Shown here piece after piece: positions 40,549 to 48,573 of a DNA stretch of 64,000 nucleotides. The stretch lies in contig JAFDXD010000121.1 of the NCBI GenBank assembly GCA_018268135.1, positions 14,953 to 78,952 on the forward strand, given 5' to 3'. The notes below the pieces were generated by a model. The model had not been told where the DNA came from and ran no database searches. It saw only the letters and a program-made list of their open reading frames with translations. Positions within the stretch are counted from its first letter, which is position 1; the number at the start of each line of letters is the position of its first letter. The position numbers were made by a program, and so were the translations under genes. Origin of the DNA: Bacteroidota bacterium. Its GTDB lineage: Bacteria > Bacteroidota > Bacteroidia > Chitinophagales > Chitinophagaceae.

Positions 40549-40556
40549 CAAAAATA
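40549..40556 (-). promoter_or_regulatory. Candidate -7 promoter box (TATTTTTG) for the tRNA-like RNA
   Basis: Matches the Bacteroidota TAnnTTTG consensus on the minus strand, about 35 nt upstream of the acceptor-like stem. No clear -33 TTG. Confidence 0.25.
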
Positions 40557-40665
40557 AAGTAATTTCCCTGAATTTTAAAAATATTTCAATAAAAATTTTG
40601 AAATTATAGAAATTATTCAAATATTTGTAAAATATATTAAATACTAACTAAAAAAGATTGCGAAA

Positions 40666-41142
40666 ATGGGAGCTAAATTAAATCTTGACAAACTTGATTT
40701 GCAGATCATCAATGCCATGATGGATAATGCTGAAATTTCTTACGCCGAATTGGGCAAAAAATTATTTGTAAGCGGTGGTACCATTCATGTACGTATAAAA
40801 AAATTGCAAGAACTAAATATCGTCAAAGGTACGAGATTAACTGTAGATTTAAAACTATTGGGCTACGATATCACTGCATTTGTAGGGATATATTTAGAAA
40901 AAAGCTCATTATACGATTCAGTTGCAAAAGATCTGATGAAGATACCCGAGATTATTCGCCTGAATTATATTACAGGTAACTATAGTATGTTTATAGAAAT
41001 AGTTTGTAAAGACATTTCACAATTACGAAATGTATTGCATGACGAACTTCAGAAAATAAAAGGGATTGAAAGGACAGAAACTTTTATTTCTTTAGATGAA
41101 GGTTTTGTAAGAAATGTACCCGTAGCGCCTGTAGAAGAATAA
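40666..41142 (+). CDS. Lrp/AsnC family transcriptional regulator
   Basis: 158 aa. N-terminal HTH (LDLQIINAMMDNAEISYAELGKKLFVSGGTIHVRIKKL) plus a C-terminal RAM-like domain. Confidence 0.8.
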   Translation: MGAKLNLDKLDLQIINAMMDNAEISYAELGKKLFVSGGTIHVRIKKLQELNIVKGTRLTVDLKLLGYDITAFVGIYLEKSSLYDSVAKDLMKIPEIIRLNYITGNYSMFIEIVCKDISQLRNVLHDELQKIKGIERTETFISLDEGFVRNVPVAPVEE

Positions 41143-41183
41143 GCAGGCCGCTCTTACGTCTAAAAAAAGAGAGGGGTTTTGTA

Positions 41184-42284
41184 TCAATCGGTTTTTACAT
41201 CTACGGCATCTCTTAGTCCATTGCCCAGTAAATTAAAAGCCAATACTAATATCATAATGGCAATACCGGGTATTAATGCCAGCATAGGATTGTGTGTAAT
41301 AATGAAATTATAATTTTCCTTAATCATTAATCCCCAGCTTGGCTGCGGTGGCTGTACGCCAATACCCAAAAAACTCAGTCCGGCTTCTATAATGATGGCA
41401 GTGGCAAAATTACCGGCTGCTATCACCATTAATGGCCCCAATATATTTGGTAAAATGTGTTTCAATATTATTCTGGCATCTCTATAGCCTAAAGCCTTTG
41501 CAGCCTGTACATATTCCATTTGGGTTAATGCCAATACCTGCCCTCTTACCAACCTGGCTACGCTAACCCAAAGTGTAATGCCTACTGCTATAAATATTTG
41601 CCAAAATCCTTTGCCCAAAGCAAGCGTAATGGCAAATACCAATAATAATGTAGGGATACTCCAGGTAACATTTACCAGCCACATTATCGTTTCGTCTATC
41701 CAGCCCCGGTAGTAGCCTGCCAGGGCACCCAATAAAATGCCAAGTGTAAGCGAAATAAGCACGGCAATTAAGCCCACAGCAAGGCTTACCCTTGTGCCGA
41801 TAATCAGACGGCTTAAAATATCCCTGCCAAAAGTATCTGTGCCAAGCCAATATTTTTTGGTAATAATATTTTGCTGTATGAGCCCGGGTTGATGATGTGT
41901 AAGATAATTGATATTATAGCGTTGTAAAATACTGGTATCTTCATCTACATATTTGTTTATAAAAATATTATCGCCTCCAATTTTATACCCGCTTATGGGC
42001 AGGTATTGGTAGCGGGGCGTACTGCCATATAGTAGTTTGTGAAAAAAACTTTCTTTTACAGTTTTGTCAATGGGCAGTTTTAAAAAAAGCTGTGAGTATC
42101 CGGGTTTTTTTGCCTGTATTTCTACAGTTTGCAAATCTGCATTTGAAGAATTATCCGGCGCTAAATAATATCCAAATATGGCTACAAAAAAAGCCAGTGC
42201 TATTACACATAGCCCTGCAAATGCAAGCTTATTTTTTTTTAGCCTTTGCCATATTTGTTTTTTATAAGAATAATTTTCAGTCAT
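41184..42284 (-). CDS. ABC transporter permease, DppC/OppC-like
   Basis: 366 aa. N-terminal anchor TM helix, a long periplasmic loop and the EAA-type region (YVQAAKALGYRDARIILKHILPN). Confidence 0.7.
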   Translation of the reverse strand: MTENYSYKKQIWQRLKKNKLAFAGLCVIALAFFVAIFGYYLAPDNSSNADLQTVEIQAKKPGYSQLFLKLPIDKTVKESFFHKLLYGSTPRYQYLPISGYKIGGDNIFINKYVDEDTSILQRYNINYLTHHQPGLIQQNIITKKYWLGTDTFGRDILSRLIIGTRVSLAVGLIAVLISLTLGILLGALAGYYRGWIDETIMWLVNVTWSIPTLLLVFAITLALGKGFWQIFIAVGITLWVSVARLVRGQVLALTQMEYVQAAKALGYRDARIILKHILPNILGPLMVIAAGNFATAIIIEAGLSFLGIGVQPPQPSWGLMIKENYNFIITHNPMLALIPGIAIMILVLAFNLLGNGLRDAVDVKTD

Positions 42285-42300
42285 TCAAATCATTGTATCA

Positions 42301-43791
42301 TTAATATTTTATACCTAATATTTCTCCACTTTTCTTTCTCACAGCTTTACAAAGCGCTTCATCATTTGCCAGCGATTTACCAAAGGAGGGTATCAAATTA
42401 CTAATCCTGCTTTGCCACTCGGCCGACTGCATTTTTTCACTAAAACATTTTGATAATACATCTATCATTGCTGATACAGCAGTAGATGCCCCAGGAGATG
42501 CCCCAAGCAAAGCTGCAATTGTGCCATCTTTGGAGCATACTATTTCTGTTCCAAACTCAAGCGTACCTCCTTCTTCCTCATCTTTTTTAATTACCTGCAC
42601 TCTTTGCCCTGCAATAGCAAGCTCCCAATCTTCGGCTACTGCCTGCGGAAAATATTCTTTTAGTGCATTGATGCGGTCAGACATGCTTTGGCTTACCTGT
42701 TGTATTAAATATTTAGTAAGCGCCATATTGTGCCAGCCTGCAGATAACATCGGAAAAATATTGTCCCATTCAATAGATTTTGGCAAATCTAAATAAGAAC
42801 CATTTTTTAAAAATTTAGTAGAGAAGCCGGCATAAGGGCCAAACAATAATTCTTTTTTATGATCAATTATCCGGGTATCAAGATGCGGAACACTCATAGG
42901 GGGTGCACCAACAGAAGCCTTGCCATATACTTTTGCATCATGCTTTGCTATTACTGTTTCATTTGTACATCGCAGCCATTGCCCACTTATGGGAAAGCCT
43001 CCATAACCTGCTGCTTCAGGTATGTCTGATTTTTCGAGCAATGGCAGGGAGCCACCGCCTGCTCCTATAAAAACAAATTTTGAAAAAACGGTATGCTTCT
43101 TTTTTCTGATGAGATCCTTTACACTTATTTCCCAAGAGCCATCCTCCGCTTTTTCAATATCCCTTATTTCGTGGCCCAGGTATATTTTTACTCCCTGCAA
43201 TTTTTCAAGGTGGTCAAACATGGCACGGGTAAGTGCGCCAAAGTTTACATCACAGCCAAGCTCCATTTTAGTGGCTGCTATTTTTTCGCCGGCTTGCCTG
43301 CCCTGCATCACCAGCGGCATCCAGTTAGTTAATGTGGCTGCATCTTCAGCATACTGCATATCCATAAACAATGCCTGGTTCTTTAAAGCATCATACCTTT
43401 TTTTCAAAAAAGTTACGTTGCTCTCGCCCCATACAAAACTCAAGTGGGGAATATTATTGATAAATGATTGTGTGTTTGCAATGGCGCCCTGCTCTACAAG
43501 GCTTGCCCAAAATTGTTTACTCTCCTCAAACTGGGTGGCAATTTTTATAGCCTTCTTTATATCAATACTGCCATCCTCTTTTTCCGGAGTATAATTTAAT
43601 TCGCAAAAAGCCGAGTGGCCGGTGCCGGCATTGTTCCAGCCGTCTGTACTCTCTGCAGCTAATTCTGCCAGGCGCTCATAAATATGTATGGTAATATCAG
43701 GCTCTACATTTTTTAGCATAATGGCAAGGGTTGCACTCATAATGCCTCCACCAATCAGTATTGCCTCCGGCGAATTATTTAATTTCTTCAT
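42301..43791 (-). CDS. mqo: Malate:quinone oxidoreductase
   Basis: 496 aa. FAD motif ILIGGGIMSATLA and ESTDGWNNAGTGHSAFCELNYTP, typical of Mqo. Confidence 0.85.
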   Translation of the reverse strand: MKKLNNSPEAILIGGGIMSATLAIMLKNVEPDITIHIYERLAELAAESTDGWNNAGTGHSAFCELNYTPEKEDGSIDIKKAIKIATQFEESKQFWASLVEQGAIANTQSFINNIPHLSFVWGESNVTFLKKRYDALKNQALFMDMQYAEDAATLTNWMPLVMQGRQAGEKIAATKMELGCDVNFGALTRAMFDHLEKLQGVKIYLGHEIRDIEKAEDGSWEISVKDLIRKKKHTVFSKFVFIGAGGGSLPLLEKSDIPEAAGYGGFPISGQWLRCTNETVIAKHDAKVYGKASVGAPPMSVPHLDTRIIDHKKELLFGPYAGFSTKFLKNGSYLDLPKSIEWDNIFPMLSAGWHNMALTKYLIQQVSQSMSDRINALKEYFPQAVAEDWELAIAGQRVQVIKKDEEEGGTLEFGTEIVCSKDGTIAALLGASPGASTAVSAMIDVLSKCFSEKMQSAEWQSRISNLIPSFGKSLANDEALCKAVRKKSGEILGIKY

Positions 43792-43800
43792 CTTTTACTT

Positions 43801-43897
43801 TCAGTATTAAGTATTTTAATATCAAATTTTTTTAACGCTTTTTTTATGAGGCCCAAGCCTCGCAAATTTGTTTTGTGTTGATTCTACCCAATCCTAT
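43801..43897. repeat. MITE-like dispersed repeat, copy A (degenerate left end)
   Basis: Shares ttaacgcttttt..atgaggcccaagcctcg.aaatttgttttgtg...attct.cc.aatcctat with the copies at 56221-56350 and 59944-60056. Confidence 0.6.
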
Positions 43898-44525
43898 TTT
43901 CTTTTAATATTTTTAAAAACTCTTTTTGAGAAATCATCTCTGCGCCCATACTTTTTAAATGGGAGCTGTACACCTGGCAATCAATCAGCGAAAATAATTT
44001 GCTCTGGCAAAGCCATACCAACGCTGCTTTTGAAGCATTGCTAACCTTGCTAAACATACTTTCACCGCAAAATACTTTATTAATTTTTAAGCCATATAAG
44101 CCGCCAACAAGCTTTTGCTGTGCCCACACTTCTACACTCTGCGCCACACCAATGTTATGCAAAATTAAGTAAGCTTTTTTCATTTCATTTGTAATCCATG
44201 TGCCGCCCTGCCCTTTTCTAAAAACCGTACTGCAGTTTTCAATCACTTCTTCAAAAGCAGTATTCATTTTTATTTCAAAAGTTTGCATACTAATTATTTT
44301 TTGCATGCTCTTGCTTACTTTAATTTTTTCAGGAAAAAGCACAAACCTCTCATGCGGCGCATACCAGCACACAGGCTCTCCATCGCTATACCATGGAAAA
44401 ATACCATTGTTGTATGCCAGTAATAACCTTTCCTTGCTCAGGTCGCCACCAATGGCCAACAATCCATCTTCTTCTGCCAGCGAAGGCTCAGGAAAAATTA
44501 TTCGTTCATCTAATTGAAAAATCAT
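43884..44525 (-). CDS. aat: Leucyl/phenylalanyl-tRNA--protein transferase
   Basis: 213 aa. GLLAIGGDLSKERLLLAYNNGIFPWY and the GESMFS motif. Confidence 0.85.
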   Translation of the reverse strand: MIFQLDERIIFPEPSLAEEDGLLAIGGDLSKERLLLAYNNGIFPWYSDGEPVCWYAPHERFVLFPEKIKVSKSMQKIISMQTFEIKMNTAFEEVIENCSTVFRKGQGGTWITNEMKKAYLILHNIGVAQSVEVWAQQKLVGGLYGLKINKVFCGESMFSKVSNASKAALVWLCQSKLFSLIDCQVYSSHLKSMGAEMISQKEFLKILKENRIG

Positions 44526-44674
44526 GTTTATTTTTTTGTGCCGGGCCCTAAATCTTTACTCAGCTTCATTGGCGTCGCACTCTTTTACCATATACCCTTA
44601 TGCAGCTTTTACCTAAGCGTATAAAACCGGTTTTACAGTTAGCACTCATCTGTTTTTTGTGCCAACAAATTTTT

Positions 44675-45847
44675 TTAATTCAGCTTTCTCCCCTTCCATT
44701 GGTAACTACCAAACTTGCCAAGCCATCCTGCAATAATGCAGTATATAATATGAAAGGGTTGCATTAATGGGAACAGGATAAGCAACCAAATTTTTTTAAA
44801 AAATATGGCGACAGGTATTAAAAATATTAATTCAACTAATGTTTTTAAGCCAAGCAACAAAAGCCAATATTGAAAAGAAGAAAATGTAACTGAAAAAACA
44901 TTAAAATGCGAAGGATAAAAAATAGATGCTACCGGGATAATAAATAGCAGCAGGTTAAATACATATACCAATATCAGTATGGGTAATATTCTTTTATCAT
45001 CATACTTATCTGCCTTACTTGCCCAGCGTATACGCTGATTAAAAAATTGTGCAATAGACTTTACCGGTTGGGTATCTGCCATGGCATTGGCAGATTTTAA
45101 ATACAGTACTTTATTGGGATAACGTTTATAAATTTTATGCATCAGCAGCATATCATCGCCGCTTGCAATACTGTCAATATTTTTAAAACCATCCACTTCA
45201 TAAAATACATTTTTTTCATAAGCCATATTAGCGCCATTGCACATACTGCTCATTTTTTTGTAAACAGCAGCTCCGGTAATGCCTTGCAGTGTCATAAAAT
45301 CAAGCGCCTGAAAAATTTCTATAAACGAAACTGCATTATTGATAACTACGGGTGCAGCAATAAAAACAGGTTGCTCTTTTTCATAAAAAGCAGCAATGGT
45401 AGCCAGCCAGTTTTGCGGCAGGTAGCAATCCGCATCGGTAGTTACCATCAGCGTGCCTTTGCTTTCTTTTATTGCTATTTCAATTGCCTTTTTTTTATAA
45501 GAATTTATTTTTTCTAAACCATCATACTCTGCCAGAGAAATTTTTCGAATATTAAACCTGGTATAGTTATGTAAGATTGCAGAAGTGCTGTCAGTAGAGT
45601 GGTCGTCCACCACCATTACTTCAAATAAATGGACCGGGTAAGTTTGAGCCAGTAAAGATTGCAGTAACACCGGGAGGTTTTGAGCTTCATTTCTTGCCGG
45701 TATGATTACTGAAATATGAGTAGAAAATATTTGCTCTTTTAAATTGGGATTAAATAAAGGAATAGTAACCCAGCCTATTGTGTAATAAATAATAAGGCAA
45801 CTGTAAAGCAGAAATAAAATAAAAGAAATGGAGAGAAGTATGGCCAT
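44675..45847 (-). CDS. Processive family-2 glycosyltransferase (integral membrane)
   Basis: VIIPARNEAQNL, TDADC, GDDMLL and QRIRW (QxxRW) motifs. TM helices at both ends. Confidence 0.7.
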   Translation of the reverse strand: MAILLSISFILFLLYSCLIIYYTIGWVTIPLFNPNLKEQIFSTHISVIIPARNEAQNLPVLLQSLLAQTYPVHLFEVMVVDDHSTDSTSAILHNYTRFNIRKISLAEYDGLEKINSYKKKAIEIAIKESKGTLMVTTDADCYLPQNWLATIAAFYEKEQPVFIAAPVVINNAVSFIEIFQALDFMTLQGITGAAVYKKMSSMCNGANMAYEKNVFYEVDGFKNIDSIASGDDMLLMHKIYKRYPNKVLYLKSANAMADTQPVKSIAQFFNQRIRWASKADKYDDKRILPILILVYVFNLLLFIIPVASIFYPSHFNVFSVTFSSFQYWLLLLGLKTLVELIFLIPVAIFFKKIWLLILFPLMQPFHIIYCIIAGWLGKFGSYQWKGRKLN

Positions 45848-46116
45848 TTAATAAAAATGATTACCTGATTTTAGAGACAATCAAAGTTATAAAAATTTGA
45901 TTTGGATAGGTTTGGTATAGAAAAGCAGCCTACAGAATTAAAAGTGTAACATGTAAAAAAGCTGTATGGGCTTTCTTCCCATCAATATACCGGCAAAATA
46001 TTATTTGTAAACAATAAAGCAGAAGCAAGGCAAAATGATGTAGCCCAATGAGTTGCCGTACAAGAGTGCGATGCAAGGATGCTGCTATGAAAAACGGGAG
46101 CCGGTAACCCAAAAAA

Positions 46117-46124
46117 TAATTTTG
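46117..46124 (+). promoter_or_regulatory. Candidate -7 box (TAATTTTG) for the MarR-acyl-CoA dehydrogenase unit
   Basis: Matches TAnnTTTG, 48 nt upstream of the MarR ATG. Confidence 0.3.
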
Positions 46125-46150
46125 TAATCTGAAAGGAATGATTATCTTTA

Positions 46151-46172
46151 TATAGTTGTTTAAACAACTATA
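46151..46172. promoter_or_regulatory. Perfect 22-bp palindrome, candidate MarR operator (or start-codon-occluding hairpin)
   Basis: tatagttgtttaaacaactata equals its own reverse complement. Its last base is the A of the MarR ATG (46172-46174). Confidence 0.5.
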
Positions 46173-46612
46173 TGCCAAACAACCAATTTAAAAAAAGCGA
46201 GCTATACAGTTTCATTACAGGCAAAGCCAGTACGGCTATTGCACGCCGCCTGCAAAAAAATTTTAAGCAGGCAGGTGTAGATATTACCATTGAGCAGTGG
46301 AGTGTGCTGTATCATTTATGGAAACAAGACGGGCAGAGCCAGCAACAATTGTGCGATGCAACTTTTAGGGACAAGCCGAGTATAACAAGGCTGGTAGATA
46401 ACCTTGAAAAATTGAAGCTTGTAAAAAGAGTGGCCAGTAAGGAAGACAGGCGGAGCAATTTGATTTTTTTAACGGCAGAAGCACAGCAATTGCAAAATCA
46501 AACAATGGACCTTGCCAACCAAACTCTGAACGAAGCTTTGGAGGGCGTTACTAACGGCCAGGTAGAAATTGCAAAAGAAGTATTGCACCTGGTGTACGAA
46601 AATTTAAAGTAA
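46172..46612 (+). CDS. MarR family transcriptional regulator
   Basis: 146 aa. Winged-helix region (QQLCDATFRDKPSITRLVDNLEKLKLVKRVASKEDRRSNLIFLT). Confidence 0.8.
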   Translation: MPNNQFKKSELYSFITGKASTAIARRLQKNFKQAGVDITIEQWSVLYHLWKQDGQSQQQLCDATFRDKPSITRLVDNLEKLKLVKRVASKEDRRSNLIFLTAEAQQLQNQTMDLANQTLNEALEGVTNGQVEIAKEVLHLVYENLK

Positions 46613-46646
46613 ACGATCATTCATCAAAATTTTAAAATAATAAAAA

Positions 46647-48443
46647 ATGAGCGCAACAACTTCTGCAACTGCAAACCCATTAAAAGGGGGCGAATGGCTG
46701 ATAAAAGAAAGCAATGCTTTTGAAACATTTACTCCCGAAGAGTTTAACGAAGAGCAGCTAATGGTAAAAGACATGTGCCTGCAATTTTTAAACACGGAGG
46801 TATTACCCATTGTAGATCGTATAGACAAAATGGAGCCGGGCCTTATGCCATCATTAATGGATAAAGCAGGCGAGCAGGGGCTTTTAGGAGCCTCCATACC
46901 CGAAGATCTGGGCGGCCTGGGAAAAGATTTTATTACCTCTACATTGGTAAACGAAGGCCTTGGCGCAGGCTTTTCATTTAGCGTAGCCGTAGCCGCCCAT
47001 ACGGGTATTGGCACATTGCCTATTTTGTATTTTGGTACAGAAGAGCAAAAGAAAAAATATATTCCCAAACTGGCCAGTGGAGAGTGGAAAGGCTCTTACG
47101 GACTTACGGAGCCGAATAGTGGCAGCGATGCCCTGGGAGCTAAGAGTACGGCTGTACTTTCGGCAGATGGTAAAAACTATATACTGAATGGGCAAAAATG
47201 CTGGATAACCAATGGAGGTTTTGCAGATGTATATACTGTATTTGCAAAAATAGACGGAGATAAATTTTCAGCATTTATTGTAGAGCGTGGCTTTGAAGGA
47301 TTTACACAAGGCCCCGAAGAACATAAAATGGGTATCAAAGGATCTTCTACCGTACAACTATATTTTCAGGATTGTAAAGTGCCGGTAGAAAACCTGTTGG
47401 GCGAAGTAGGCAAAGGGCATATCATTGCTTTCAACATTTTAAATATTGGCCGCTTAAAATTATGTGCCGCTGCTATTGGCGGTTCTAAAATGGCCTTTTC
47501 TGATACGGTGCAGTATGCTACTACAAGGGAGCAGTTTAAAACTGCAATTGCAAACTTTGGCGCCATCAAACATAAAATTGCAGAGATGGCTATACGTATA
47601 TGGGTAGGCGAGTCTGCATTATACCGTACTGCCAACTGGATAGATGAAAAAGAATCGGAGCTGCTGGCTGGGGGTATACCCTTTAACCAGGCATTGCTCG
47701 GTGCGGCCGAAGAGTATGCCATAGAATGTGCAATGCTTAAGGTAGATGGTAGCGAAGTATTAGATTTTGTAGTAGATGAGGGTGTGCAGGTACATGGAGG
47801 CAATGGTTTTAGTGATGAGTACAGCATTAGCCGTGCTTATCGTGATAGCCGCATCAACCGTATTTACGAAGGCACCAACGAAATTAACCGGTTACTTACA
47901 GTAGATATGATGCTTAAAAGAGCAATGAAAGGCAAGCTTGATTTAATGACTCCCGCTATGAAGGTTTCAAAAGAGCTGATGAGTATTCCTGATTTTGGTA
48001 GTGAAGATGAAGTCGCTTTTGCAGCAGAGCAAAAGCAAATAATGAATATGAAAAAAGCAATTTTAATGACTGCAGGAGCTGCCGTACAAAAATTGATGAT
48101 GAACCTTAGTAATGAGCAGGAAATACTGATGAATATTGCAGATATGGCCATACAGGCTTTTCATGCCGAAAGCGCCTTGCTGCGTGTAATGAAAATTACC
48201 GAAAAACAGGGAGCAGAGGCAGTATCAGTACAAACAGATATCATGCATTGCTACTTAAATGATGCATTAGATGCAATAAATAAAGCCGGCAAAGAAGCCA
48301 TCAATGCATTTGCTGATGGAGATGAGCAACGGATGATGCTGCTTGGCCTAAAACGATTTACCAAATCAGCGCCATTCAACAGCAAAGATGCAAGAAGAAG
48401 AATTGCTGATAAATTTATTGCCGAAGGCAAATATTATTTATAA
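46647..48443 (+). CDS. Long-form acyl-CoA dehydrogenase family protein
   Basis: 598 aa. GLTEPNSGSDA and YEGTNEINR motifs, plus a C-terminal extension typical of the ~600-aa ACAD class. Confidence 0.8.
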   Translation: MSATTSATANPLKGGEWLIKESNAFETFTPEEFNEEQLMVKDMCLQFLNTEVLPIVDRIDKMEPGLMPSLMDKAGEQGLLGASIPEDLGGLGKDFITSTLVNEGLGAGFSFSVAVAAHTGIGTLPILYFGTEEQKKKYIPKLASGEWKGSYGLTEPNSGSDALGAKSTAVLSADGKNYILNGQKCWITNGGFADVYTVFAKIDGDKFSAFIVERGFEGFTQGPEEHKMGIKGSSTVQLYFQDCKVPVENLLGEVGKGHIIAFNILNIGRLKLCAAAIGGSKMAFSDTVQYATTREQFKTAIANFGAIKHKIAEMAIRIWVGESALYRTANWIDEKESELLAGGIPFNQALLGAAEEYAIECAMLKVDGSEVLDFVVDEGVQVHGGNGFSDEYSISRAYRDSRINRIYEGTNEINRLLTVDMMLKRAMKGKLDLMTPAMKVSKELMSIPDFGSEDEVAFAAEQKQIMNMKKAILMTAGAAVQKLMMNLSNEQEILMNIADMAIQAFHAESALLRVMKITEKQGAEAVSVQTDIMHCYLNDALDAINKAGKEAINAFADGDEQRMMLLGLKRFTKSAPFNSKDARRRIADKFIAEGKYYL

Positions 48444-48471
48444 AAATAGATAAGTGTAAAAAATAATTGAG

Positions 48472-48499
48472 CGATACAGAAATGTATCGTTTTTTTTTT
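48472..48499 (+). terminator. Rho-independent terminator after the acyl-CoA dehydrogenase gene
   Basis: cgataca-gaaa-tgtatcg (7-bp stem, GAAA loop) followed by a T10 run. Confidence 0.8.
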
Positions 48500-48573
48500 G
48501 CTTTGCAAAGCTTGTAGTTTCGGGTTGATTATTCTTACTTTTGAAAAAGATAACTATCTTAAAAATCTACCAC

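Noticed and set aside
40520-40665. A/T-rich spacer with recurring aaatattt/aaattttg words, checked for a CRISPR or tandem-repeat structure
   Set aside because: It has no regular repeat-spacer periodicity. It is low-complexity promoter-type sequence between divergent units.
43022-43594. 190-aa plus-strand ORF antisense to mqo
   Set aside because: It lies entirely within mqo on the opposite strand and has no motifs. The same class covers 42521-42796, 43093-43332, 44200-44517, 45137-45517, 46604-47068, 47366-47827, 47864-48151, 50023-50301 and 50719-51144.
45930-46178. Two overlapping minus-strand ORFs (82 and 61 aa) in the GT2/MarR spacer
   Set aside because: They have no start context, no motifs and overlap each other in different frames. 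The region is better explained as a divergent promoter spacer holding the MarR -7 box and palindrome.
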